Assembly (NCBI GenBank): GCA_963728915.1
Contig: CAVSLV010000001.1
Location: 1,216,001-1,280,000 of the forward strand
DNA from: an uncultured Gemmatimonadales bacterium
GTDB taxonomy: Bacteria > Gemmatimonadota > Gemmatimonadetes > Gemmatimonadales > GWC2-71-9
Direction: 5' to 3'
DNA length: 64,000 nt
How positions within the stretch are numbered: the stretch's first letter is position 1; every line of letters starts with the position of its first letter. A program made the translations under genes and the position numbers. Positions 9,785-20,670 of the stretch are shown in pieces. Below the pieces are notes generated by a model. The model saw only the letters and a list, made by a program, of their open reading frames with translations, did not search any database and was not told the DNA's origin.

Positions 9785-9840
9785 GGGGAGAAATGTAAGT
9801 CGCCGGAAGACGGTGGGTAGTTACCGCGCCGGGTCGCTCG

Positions 9841-10662
9841 TCAGCGCAATCCCTCGAGCCATTCGGCCGGGACCTCCTGCGATCCGATCATGGCGTGGCT
9901 CGATTCGGGATCGTCATCGCCGTGCCAGTCGCTCCCGCCGGTACGTCGCAGACCTAACTCGGTGGCCAGCTGGCCGATTCGCCGCCGCATGTCCTCCGAG
10001 TGCGCCGGATGGCGGACTTCGACAGCGTCGAGTCCTTGTTCCTTGAGGGCCGCCAGGGTCGCCCGGTTGGCGCGGTCCCGGAGATGAGCCGCGGAAACAA
10101 TGCCGCCAACCCGATGGGCGAGGTCGGCCACCTCGTGGAAGGCGGGCAACCGTTTCTCCACATAGGCCGGCCGGCCTTTGGCGAGCCACTGATGAAAGGC
10201 GTCATCAACGGTTGCCACCTTGCCGAGCCGGACCAGGGCTCTCGCCAGGTGAGGGCGGCCCATGGCGGCGTCGCCGGTCTCGCGCGCCAGATCCTCGAAC
10301 GAAACATCCACGCCCCAGGCCTGCAATCCCTCGACCATCGCCCGGCCCCGGCGAACCCGGTCCTCGCGGCAGCGCCGGAGAAACGTTTCGAGGTCGTCCT
10401 GGTGGACTGGCAGGAAATACCCCAGGACATGCATCTCACCCCAGGGCGCCGCGGTGGAGAACTCGCATCCAACGACGATGCGGACGCCGAGTTGGTCGCC
10501 TGCCTGCATGGCTTCAGGCACGCCGGCCACCGTGTCATGATCGGTGAGCGCAATCGCCTGGAGGCCGAGTCCCGCCGCCCTGGACACGACCACCCCCGGC
10601 GGCAGGATGCCGTCGGACGCGGTGGAATGCAGATGAAGGTCGATGAAGGCGGACTGAATCAG
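9841..10662 (-). CDS. PHP-domain metal-dependent phosphoesterase (TrpH/YciV-like); probable CTG start
   Basis: Frame extends upstream of the called GTG (10593) through FIDLHLHSTASDG; also ALTDHDT, HVLGY, TGGSDWHG. Confidence 0.85.
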   Translation of the reverse strand: MIQSAFIDLHLHSTASDGILPPGVVVSRAAGLGLQAIALTDHDTVAGVPEAMQAGDQLGVRIVVGCEFSTAAPWGEMHVLGYFLPVHQDDLETFLRRCREDRVRRGRAMVEGLQAWGVDVSFEDLARETGDAAMGRPHLARALVRLGKVATVDDAFHQWLAKGRPAYVEKRLPAFHEVADLAHRVGGIVSAAHLRDRANRATLAALKEQGLDAVEVRHPAHSEDMRRRIGQLATELGLRRTGGSDWHGDDDPESSHAMIGSQEVPAEWLEGLR

Positions 10663-10925
10663 CGCCGGTACCCCAGCTCGGCCGACGTCCAGGACGGTTG
10701 GGAGACCCGGAACAGCTCGATCAGGTCGGCGTCGCTCATTCGAGAGAGCGAAAGCTCCCGGCTCTTGGCGCCGAGCGGCGAATAGCGCACGATCCGGTCG
10801 GGCCCCGATCCCGAAGGCAGCCGGGAAAAGCGGAGCGAGAACTCGTCTTTTTCATACTGCGTGGTCCGGCCGGAAGGAAAAACCGACCAGCGCTCTCCAT
10901 CAATGTCGAGAACCCGATGTGGCAT
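10659..10925 (-). CDS. Hypothetical protein (88 aa)
   Basis: ATG overlaps the E2 stop (TGATG); MPHRVLDIDGERWSVFPSGRTTQYEKDEF...; fills the gap exactly. Confidence 0.75.
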   Translation of the reverse strand: MPHRVLDIDGERWSVFPSGRTTQYEKDEFSLRFSRLPSGSGPDRIVRYSPLGAKSRELSLSRMSDADLIELFRVSQPSWTSAELGYRR

Positions 10926-12322
10926 CAGGCCAGCTCCTCCGGTTGTTGCTCGAGCGATTGCCTCAGATCGGCGAGGAAGCGATCGGCATCCGCCCCATCG
11001 ACGATGCGGTGGTCGAAGGAAAGCGCCAGCATCCCCATGGTCCGGATCCCGATCGCGTCGCTTCCATCGGACCCGGTGACGACGGCGGGTTGTTTCCCGA
11101 TCGCTCCGACCGCGAGAATCGCGGACTGGGGCTGATTGATGACCGGCAGACCGACGAAGGTCCCGAACACGCCGGGGTTGGTGATGGTGAAGGTTCCCTT
11201 CTGCACTTCGTCGGGTGAGAGCTTCTTGGTGCGGGCCCGGTCGGCCAGGTCGTTGATGGCGCGGGCAATGCCGAGCAGGTTCAGCTCGTCGGCCCGACGG
11301 ATGACCGGAACGATCAATCCCCACTCCATCGCGACGGCAATGCCGAGGTTGATCTCGCCGCGATACACGGTGGCCTCTCCCATCACCGCGGCGTTGAGGA
11401 CCCGGTGACGCCGGAGGGTTCGCGCCGTCGCCGCCGCAATGAACGCGAGATAGGTGAGATTCACGCCCCGGTCGGAAAACTCGCCTTTCCATTGCGACCT
11501 GAGCCCGGCGATCCGGGTGTAATCCACCTCGATGAGGCTCTGCACGTGAGCCGAAACCCGCCGCGACATGATCATGTGATCGGCGGTCAGCTTGCGGATC
11601 CGAGACCAGGGCTCGACCTGATCGTTTTCCCAGGGCTCGACCACGGGACCCGGAACGACCCGCGTCCCCGCTCCCACGCTCAGATCGGACGCCGAACCCC
11701 GGGGTGGAGCGGAGGCCTGGCCGCCGGGGTGAGGGGCTTCGAGGTGGGAGAGGAGATCCGACTTGGTGACCCTCCCGGCCAGGCCGGTGCCTTCGACCGA
11801 GGCAAGGTCGATGTTGTGCTCCGCGGCGATCCGCCGAACCAGCGGAGTGGATCGGGTTCGGAGCCGGTCCTCCATGCTGTCGGGCTCGGCGGCCGGAGCG
11901 GGGGACGTTGCGGCGGGCTTCTCCAGAGGAGTCGGCGCCGGTGGGGGAGCAGCGGGTATCGGGGGGGTCGCCTTCGGGGCGGCTGGTCCGGACGGCGGAC
12001 CAGCCTTGACTGCCTCCGCTTTGGGTGCTCCCGCGGGCTTCGGCGGTGCCGCGGCCGGCGCGGACGAGGCAGCTCCAGCCCCGTCGGTTTCGAGCCGGGC
12101 CACCACGGTTTGCACCGCGACGGTCTGTCCTTCCTGGACCAGAATTTCGGCAAGGACACCAGCCTGGGGCGCCGGGATCTCCGCGTCCACTTTGTCGGTG
12201 GAGATCTCGAACATCGGTTCATCCCGTTTGACGGGCTCGCCGACTCTCTTGAGCCATTTCGACAAGGTGCCCTCGGCGATGGATTCGCCCATCTGGGGCA
12301 TGACGACGTCAATCCTTGCCAT
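10925..12322 (-). CDS. 2-oxoacid dehydrogenase E2 dihydrolipoamide acyltransferase
   Basis: Lipoyl domain EISTDKVDAEI, Pro/Ala linker, E3-binding GTGLAGRVTK, catalytic SFDHRIVDGA. Confidence 0.93.
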   Translation of the reverse strand: MARIDVVMPQMGESIAEGTLSKWLKRVGEPVKRDEPMFEISTDKVDAEIPAPQAGVLAEILVQEGQTVAVQTVVARLETDGAGAASSAPAAAPPKPAGAPKAEAVKAGPPSGPAAPKATPPIPAAPPPAPTPLEKPAATSPAPAAEPDSMEDRLRTRSTPLVRRIAAEHNIDLASVEGTGLAGRVTKSDLLSHLEAPHPGGQASAPPRGSASDLSVGAGTRVVPGPVVEPWENDQVEPWSRIRKLTADHMIMSRRVSAHVQSLIEVDYTRIAGLRSQWKGEFSDRGVNLTYLAFIAAATARTLRRHRVLNAAVMGEATVYRGEINLGIAVAMEWGLIVPVIRRADELNLLGIARAINDLADRARTKKLSPDEVQKGTFTITNPGVFGTFVGLPVINQPQSAILAVGAIGKQPAVVTGSDGSDAIGIRTMGMLALSFDHRIVDGADADRFLADLRQSLEQQPEELA

Positions 12323-12334
12323 GCAACGCTCCCA

Positions 12335-14812
<2,478 letters not shown>

Positions 14813-14868
14813 CGGCCAGGGGCTCCGGAAGGTGTGAGAGTTGGATTGGATGCGGGCCAAAACTAGTC

Positions 14869-14930
14869 GGAAGGATGGGAGGATGGGAGGATGGGAGGCC
14901 CTTCCTATCCTCCTATCCTCCTATCCTCCT
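14869..14930. repeat. Inverted tandem octamer repeat (GGATGGGA)x3 / (TCCTATCC)x3
   Basis: Read directly; forms a long hairpin with G-U pairs on the + strand. Confidence 0.85.
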
Positions 14931-15669
14931 AGACATGCTCCATCAGCAGCTCCAGTTTCTTCCTCAAGTCACCTAGCTGCTTCGACTTGAAAGCCGTCTT
15001 GGTCTGCTCCAGCACCTCGATGGTTTCCTGCACCGCCTGATGGAGCTGGGCGCCCCGGGGACAATTCATCAGCTGACAGGGATGCCCGTTGACCGGTTGA
15101 CCGGCCAGGGCCCGCCCCAATTGATCGAGGTCGGTGAGAGAGGCCATGACATTCCGGAGCGTCAGGGACAGGAACACGTCCACCGCCGGGGCCGACCCCG
15201 AGGCCGATGACTTGAACGGGGCGAGGTTTTCAAACTCCCGGCGCCAGTCCCGCAGCCGGCGCTCCGCGCTCTCGATGGCGCGATAGGACCGGAACCGTTT
15301 CACCGCACTGTCCACCCGGCTCAGCAGCTCGGGAAAGAGCACCGGCTTGACCAGGTAGGAGGCCACCGGAAGCTCGATGCAGGCGATGGCGGAGCGGGTC
15401 GAGGGATATCCGGTGATGATGATGATGGGCAGCCCGCCGCTGGTCTCCGCAATCCGCCGCACCAGCTGGAGGTCGGAGTTGCCGGGCATTTCCAGGTCGG
15501 TGATCAGGAGATCGAATTCCGCCTGCGAGGCCCGCTCTTCGGCCTGGAAACCGTCGGAGACGGTCTCGCATTCGTACCCCTCCCGGCGGAGCAGTTCCGC
15601 GGTGGAGGAAAGGAACGTTTCTTCGTCGTCGGCCAGCAGGATCCGGCCGCGGCTGGTTGGTTCATTCAT
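14929..15669 (-). CDS. Response regulator (receiver + unrecognised helical C-terminal domain)
   Basis: ILLADDE, DLLITDLEMPG, IIITGYP, YLVKP. Start ATG 15669. Confidence 0.88.
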   Translation of the reverse strand: MNEPTSRGRILLADDEETFLSSTAELLRREGYECETVSDGFQAEERASQAEFDLLITDLEMPGNSDLQLVRRIAETSGGLPIIIITGYPSTRSAIACIELPVASYLVKPVLFPELLSRVDSAVKRFRSYRAIESAERRLRDWRREFENLAPFKSSASGSAPAVDVFLSLTLRNVMASLTDLDQLGRALAGQPVNGHPCQLMNCPRGAQLHQAVQETIEVLEQTKTAFKSKQLGDLRKKLELLMEHV

Positions 15670-18595
15670 GGTTGCTCGATCCGCGAATAGGCATTCGAAC
15701 GACAAACTCGGTCCCGCCCTCCGGGGGGTCGACGATCTCGACGGTGCCGCCGATCGCGGTGACCGAGCGATGGACCAGGGAAAGTCCGATTCCCATGCCA
15801 CTCATGCCGGTGTCTCTTCCTTTCGTGCTGACGAAAGGCCGAAACAGCATCGGGCGGACTTCGGGGGGTATGCCGGGACCCTGGTCACGCACCCGGAGCT
15901 CGAATGTGCCATTACTCGACTGCGCCGTCACGGTCACCGTTCCTCCCGGTGGGGATGCTTCGACCGCGTTCTGGACCAGATTGTACACCGACTGGCGAAC
16001 GACCGATTCGGGAATGGGCACTTCGGCGGGCACCCGATCGAGCTCGGAGCGGATGGTGACCCGGGCCGGACGGTTCACCTGGCTGAGCAGAGCCACCGCA
16101 TCGCCGATCAGGGTTCGGACCCCGGCAGACCCGCTTCCCTCGACCTCGGGCCGGTAGGTCTCGTAGAGCTGGCGGGTGACGCTCGCGATCCGCCCGATCT
16201 CCCGCTCCATGGCCCCCACATACCCCGCGTGCGGATGGGTCGGGGGGATCGCATCTCTCAGCAGCAGAAATGAATTCTGGATGCCGGCCAGGGGATTGTT
16301 GATCTCGTGGGCAACCCGTGCGGCCAGCCGCCCCATGGTGCTCAGGGTTTCCACCTCGCGAAGCTGTGCCTCGGCGCGGCGCGCCACCGTAATGTCGCGA
16401 CCCTCCGCCAGAAGCTGGGTGACGGTTCCGGATCGGTCCACGATCGGCTTGATGGAAAAGTCGTAGACCAGCCGGCCATCGGAGCCGGCGTCCTCCACCT
16501 CGGCTTCGAACGTAACCAGTAGTCCGGCGCCGGCGCGCTCCACTGCCCTGGCGACCCGTTCCCGGGCCGGATCCTCCTCGGCCCACCAGGTTTCCGCGAA
16601 CGGCTTGCCCGCGATGGTGAAGAGCGAGGCGCCCTGGTCTCGTCTCGCCAGCGCGGCCCCGTTGGCCTCCAGCACGCAGCCCTCGCGGTCGAGCAGGACC
16701 TGGAAGTGGTGCGCGCTGTCGAAAATGGCGCGGAAGCGACGTTCACTGCTCTCCCGCTCCTGATCAATGCGCTGGCGCTCGGTGACATCGCCGCTCACCC
16801 CCAGCATCCGGACCGGTGCCCCATCGGCGGTACGTTCATTGATGTGTCCCCGATCGACCAGCCACCCCCACTCGCCCGAATCTTTTCGCAATCGGTACTG
16901 AGCCTCAAAAGCGGGGGTCAGACCCTGGAGGTGGGCCCGGAGCAGGGCGAGGACCCGCTGGCGATCGTCGGGATGGATCAGCTCGGTCCAGTCGCCCTCC
17001 CGAATCTCCTGACCGTTCCCACTGTGCCGGATGGCGGGGGGACGGTCGTTGACGGCAAGCTCCCAGGCCCAGGCCCGGTCCATGGAGCGGCCCAGGACGA
17101 GGCGCAGGCGAGCCTCTTCGGCGGTGGCTGCATTGCTCTGGAGGGTCCTGCCGAGCTGGAGCGCGAGGGCGAGCAGGGCGCTCAGAACCAAGCCGAACGC
17201 GAGAAGAAGATTCGGCACTCCGCTTTCCAACCGTTTCCGGAGCTCGGCCGCGGGCCAGACCCGGAGCTCCCAGGTCATATCGCCGAAACCGACCAGGGAA
17301 CGATCAACCAGATTGGTCTCATCGGGCAGCGGGGACCGATCCCCACTGAGCGAGCGGCCCCGCCACATCACCGCGCGGTGAAACCCGTCGAGCGAGTCCG
17401 CGAACAGCTCGTGCAGCATCTCATCCACCCGAATCATGCCCACCACGGTCCCGTGACATCGCATCAGATCACACGCGGGAATGGCCGTGGCCACTCCGCG
17501 AGAGGAGTCGGCCAGCGCGAAATGCCACACCGAATCCGCGGCCGTCGTGCCCGACCGTTGCAGCATTCCCAGCTGGAGAGCGAGCTGAGCCCGAATCACC
17601 GGGGCTTCGAGGGTGTCATCCGGTACCAGCGTAATCCGCCCGGCAGGGGGAACCCAGGCCACCCCGGCGAGACCGACCTCGTCCCGGGTGAGGTTGCGAG
17701 CGAACCAGGCCCATTCCTGGGTGCCGGCCACGCCGGGCTGGGACATCCCGGCGATTCTCCAGAGGGCCAGGTTGATGCGGCCCATCGATTCCTGAAGCCG
17801 GTCGCCGGCCGCCCTGGCGACACTTCGCAGCAGGGCGGCGTAATCGTCCCGCTGCGTCTGCACCAGGGTGCGCCAGACGAAGAGCACCGCGACGAGGCTC
17901 GCGAGTCCTACCGCCGGCGGCACCCAGGCCGGGAACATTCTGGGCACCCAGACCTGGTTCCAGGCCAGCGAGGTGAGTGCGATGCCCATGACCAGAAGGC
18001 CGATCGCCATTTGGGGAGACGCCCCGGCAAGGCGACCGAACTGGACCTCCGGCGAGAGCCCGAAGACCTGTCCCAGCAGCACCGCGAGATTGAGCGCCAC
18101 CAGAATCGAGCCGGCCAGTCCGACGGCAAAAGCTCCGGACTTCTCGGGGCGGAACTGGGTAATGCAGAGAATCAGGGCGGTGCCGGCCAGCAGGAGCCCG
18201 ACCCCGCCGGCAAGGGGGAGGATCTCCTGAGAGAGGAGGCCGCTGGCGCCCAGCACACGGGGGAGAAACCCGGTGGGAAGAAAGCCGAGGTCGATCCCGG
18301 CGAGTTGCAGCAGCGAGAGATAGGCCAGAACGACTGCAGGGAGCGCGGCGAGAAACGCCAGACGCCGCCTCCGATAGAGCAGCGCGAGGGCAGCGATGCC
18401 GAGGCTCAGCAGGCTGACCGCGCCGGCGGGTCGGAACGGAGGCCGGCTGGTCACCGGCTGGATCAATGCCCTGATGCCCGTGATCCAGCCCACGACCCCG
18501 CTGGCGCCGATCCCGACCAGGATCCATCCGGGGTAGGCCCACACGTTTCGGGCTCGCAGCAGCCGTGAGGCGAGATCAGTGGGAAAGAGTCGCAT
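15662..18595 (-). CDS. Multi-TM PAS-PAS sensor histidine kinase
   Basis: Multiple N-terminal TM helices, IHPDD PAS/PAC, H-box VAHEINNPL, NLVQNAVEA, DQGPGI, GIGLS. Confidence 0.92.
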   Translation of the reverse strand: MRLFPTDLASRLLRARNVWAYPGWILVGIGASGVVGWITGIRALIQPVTSRPPFRPAGAVSLLSLGIAALALLYRRRRLAFLAALPAVVLAYLSLLQLAGIDLGFLPTGFLPRVLGASGLLSQEILPLAGGVGLLLAGTALILCITQFRPEKSGAFAVGLAGSILVALNLAVLLGQVFGLSPEVQFGRLAGASPQMAIGLLVMGIALTSLAWNQVWVPRMFPAWVPPAVGLASLVAVLFVWRTLVQTQRDDYAALLRSVARAAGDRLQESMGRINLALWRIAGMSQPGVAGTQEWAWFARNLTRDEVGLAGVAWVPPAGRITLVPDDTLEAPVIRAQLALQLGMLQRSGTTAADSVWHFALADSSRGVATAIPACDLMRCHGTVVGMIRVDEMLHELFADSLDGFHRAVMWRGRSLSGDRSPLPDETNLVDRSLVGFGDMTWELRVWPAAELRKRLESGVPNLLLAFGLVLSALLALALQLGRTLQSNAATAEEARLRLVLGRSMDRAWAWELAVNDRPPAIRHSGNGQEIREGDWTELIHPDDRQRVLALLRAHLQGLTPAFEAQYRLRKDSGEWGWLVDRGHINERTADGAPVRMLGVSGDVTERQRIDQERESSERRFRAIFDSAHHFQVLLDREGCVLEANGAALARRDQGASLFTIAGKPFAETWWAEEDPARERVARAVERAGAGLLVTFEAEVEDAGSDGRLVYDFSIKPIVDRSGTVTQLLAEGRDITVARRAEAQLREVETLSTMGRLAARVAHEINNPLAGIQNSFLLLRDAIPPTHPHAGYVGAMEREIGRIASVTRQLYETYRPEVEGSGSAGVRTLIGDAVALLSQVNRPARVTIRSELDRVPAEVPIPESVVRQSVYNLVQNAVEASPPGGTVTVTAQSSNGTFELRVRDQGPGIPPEVRPMLFRPFVSTKGRDTGMSGMGIGLSLVHRSVTAIGGTVEIVDPPEGGTEFVVRMPIRGSSNHE

Positions 18596-18630
18596 GGTCC
18601 GTTCGAGCCCTGTCGCGCCAGCCTGGCCGG

Positions 18631-18672
18631 AAAAAGTAAAGGCACGAGCCGGCCCCGGGCCTCTCGTGCCTT
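18631..18672 (-). terminator. Terminator-like hairpin just upstream of the kinase gene
   Basis: AAGGCACGAG...CTCGTGCCTT followed by TACTTTTT on the minus strand. Confidence 0.5.
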
Positions 18673-18807
18673 CGACGGACGGAATCCTGCATCCCGCTCG
18701 TCAAGGAAGCCCGGGTTCCCGGGCCGCTGTGCGCCTCATCGCACCTGCGTCGTCATGTTACTGTCGTGCCGGGAGCGGCGCAAGGATTCGGGGACGGATT
18801 CGGGGCC

Positions 18808-18836
18808 TTGCGGATCGATCTCGACGATCATAGCTT
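18808..18836 (+). promoter_or_regulatory. Putative sigma70 promoter preceded by a GGATTCGGGG direct repeat (18784, 18796)
   Basis: TTGCGG-17 nt-TAGCTT. Confidence 0.6.
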
Positions 18837-18840
18837 GGCC

Positions 18841-18957
18841 AAAGGAAAAGGAAACACACCGATCGGTCTCCGGACCGACGGGCCTTGTCGGATGGAGCGT
18901 GGCTCCATCAGCCGAAGGCGCCAAACCGCGAAGGCGGGATGGCGCCTTTCTTTTTTT
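18841..18957 (+). ncRNA. Candidate sRNA or attenuated leader RNA (three hairpins, ends in an intrinsic terminator)
   Basis: Hairpins TCGGTC/GACCGA and TCGG-ATGGAGC/GCTCCAT-CCGA; terminator AAGGCGCCA...TGGCGCCTT+TCTTTTTTT. I cannot assign a family. Confidence 0.5.
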
Positions 18958-18974
18958 CCACAGGCGAGGACTGA

Positions 18975-19154
18975 ATGCTGCTTCGCACAGCGGGTGCCTT
19001 CCTGGTGTTGACCCTCGCCACGGGGGCGGTGGGCTTCGGGGGGCGGTTGGCCCATTCCAGCGGCGTCCTGCAGACCCTGTTTTTCCTCTTCCTGAGCGGA
19101 TTCCTGGTCCTGTTGCTCACCGGCCTGGCCACCGCGCGGGGACGCGCGGGTTAG
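18975..19154 (+). CDS. Small membrane protein, DUF1328/UPF0391 (YtjA)-like, 59 aa
   Basis: Manual translation MLLRTAGAFLVLTLATGAVGFGGRLAHSSGVLQTLFFLFLSGFLVLLLTG...; GAGGA SD; two TM helices around GFGG. Missed by the ORF track. Confidence 0.65.
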   Translation: MLLRTAGAFLVLTLATGAVGFGGRLAHSSGVLQTLFFLFLSGFLVLLLTGLATARGRAG

Positions 19155-19174
19155 GCCAGGCCGTGCTGGCGAGT

Positions 19175-19684
19175 ATGGACCACCTGCTGGTCGATCAGCT
19201 CCGCGATCTCTACAGCGCGGAGACCCAGATCGAGGCGGCCATCCCCACCCTGATCGCCAGGGTGCAATCGGGGGCACTTCGGGACGTCTTCGAACGGCAC
19301 TTCGATGATACCGGCCGGAACATTCTTCGGCTGCAGGAAATGCTGAAGCACCTCCAGGCCAGCGCGCGGGGACCCCGCTGCCTCGCCATGACGGCCTTGC
19401 TCCAGGAAGCTGAGGAAGCCGCGCGAATGGCTCGGTCCGGTGAGGTCCTGGACCTGATGCTCGCGGCCGGACTCCGACGGGTTGTCGTGTATGAGCTGGT
19501 CGGGCTTGGCGCGGCGCGAGTCTGCGCGCTCCGCCTGGATCAACAGAGGGTCACCGACCTCCTGGATCTGACCCTGATGGAGCGCGGTGAAGTGGAGGCG
19601 AGGTTGCGCCGACTGACGACCACCGAAGAGCTGGAAGAGATGGCGTGTGCTGCAGCATCCCAGGCCATGGCAGAAAGAGAATAG
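19175..19684 (+). CDS. Ferritin-like YciE/YciF (DUF892) protein, divergent
   Basis: LVDQLRDLYSAETQI...L...F..H...T pattern. Confidence 0.75.
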   Translation: MDHLLVDQLRDLYSAETQIEAAIPTLIARVQSGALRDVFERHFDDTGRNILRLQEMLKHLQASARGPRCLAMTALLQEAEEAARMARSGEVLDLMLAAGLRRVVVYELVGLGAARVCALRLDQQRVTDLLDLTLMERGEVEARLRRLTTTEELEEMACAAASQAMAERE

Positions 19685-19777
19685 GCCCGGACGCTCGAAT
19701 CCCACCTAAACGAACGTCCGACCTAACCGTCGCTCAGAAGGCCTCCCCGGCCCCTGAGCGGCGGGGCCTATTCCCTT

Positions 19778-19864
19778 GGCGGACAGGCGGAAGGGCGGAC
19801 AGCAAAAAGGCGGACAGATGCGTCGTCCGCCTGTCCGCCTGTCCGCCTGTCCGCCTGTCCCCCT
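19778..19864. repeat. Inverted tandem octamer repeat (GGCGGACA-like x4 / GTCCGCCT x5)
   Basis: Read directly; lies between convergent genes. Confidence 0.9.
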
Positions 19865-20264
19865 ATTCTACCGCTCGGAACTCGCCGCAGGCGACCACCG
19901 TCCCGTCCTGGTGCACCTGAATGATGTGACTTCCGGTCGCCGGCGCAGGTACTGCGAGGGTCACTGCGGCTTGGGCCACGCCGCCGGCGCCAACCTGAAG
20001 GACCGGATACCCTGAGCCCTCGACCCCGCCGGGGGACGCGCACGTGCCGGTATGCATATGCCAATTCAGCGTGGAGTTCGGTGGCCCATTTCGGATCGAA
20101 ATGATGAAATGAGTACCATCTCCCTGGGTTTCCGCCGTGGCGCCACCCCGCACCGACGCACTGCCAACCGGCTCGAGGAGCGCACGCCATTTCGCCGCCG
20201 GGGGGGCTGCAGCGATCAAGATCCCGGCCGCAAGCATCGCGGCGGCGGATTTCGTCCCGACCAA
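19863..20264 (-). CDS. Secreted CHRD / Cu-Zn SOD-like small protein
   Basis: GGAGG SD then TTG; signal peptide; WHMHTGTC...IQVH...VVACG. Confidence 0.55.
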   Translation of the reverse strand: MVGTKSAAAMLAAGILIAAAPPAAKWRALLEPVGSASVRGGATAETQGDGTHFIISIRNGPPNSTLNWHMHTGTCASPGGVEGSGYPVLQVGAGGVAQAAVTLAVPAPATGSHIIQVHQDGTVVACGEFRAVE

Positions 20265-20372
20265 AGTGGCCTCCAAGGTGTAAGAAGTTGCGCCAGCGGT
20301 CCTGTACGGCCGCTACCTGTTAGACGCACACTGACCGATGGTTCGCACGAATCGCGCCGGGGGAGGGCCTGC

Positions 20373-20663
20373 CTAATAGGCACCCCTGACCACATGGCCC
20401 GGCTCAGCCATTTGGTGTACTGTGGCGAGGAATCGCTTTGCCAGTTTATCGATCTCGCTCTCGCCGGGTTGATTGGTTTCGACCGTCACCAGCGTGTAGT
20501 GGCCGCCTTCCGCCTGCACGGACACGCCGAGTTGGCCGATAGGGCCTCCGAACTTCCGTGCCCGAACGCCTTCCGAAAGGGGCGAGAGGTGTGCCCCGAA
20601 GAACTCCGTCACGTGCTGGATGACGGCTTCGGGCGAGACGGTGGTCCGATGGAAGTATTTCAC
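20373..20663 (-). CDS. Hypothetical protein (96 aa), third gene of the ino1 operon
   Basis: GTG start 7 nt after the ino1 stop; normal composition. Confidence 0.7.
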   Translation of the reverse strand: MKYFHRTTVSPEAVIQHVTEFFGAHLSPLSEGVRARKFGGPIGQLGVSVQAEGGHYTLVTVETNQPGESEIDKLAKRFLATVHQMAEPGHVVRGAY

Positions 20664-20670
20664 GGGGACC

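Noticed and set aside
7550..9820. 756-aa + strand ORF (likewise 11405-13666, 16706-18568, 37743-39725 and similar)
   Set aside because: Stop-free antisense frames typical of high-GC coding DNA; no motifs; opposite clear genes.
18914..18957. c-di-GMP-I riboswitch call
   Set aside because: Only one stem is similar; the GCAAAG junction and second stem are missing. Kept as an unassigned RNA.
18755..19174. N-terminal half of the 309-aa ORF
   Set aside because: Crosses a promoter, a terminator and the DUF1328 ORF; only the part from about 19175 is ferritin-like.
19778..19864. CRISPR array
   Set aside because: Units are 8 nt, contiguous, with no spacers and no cas genes.
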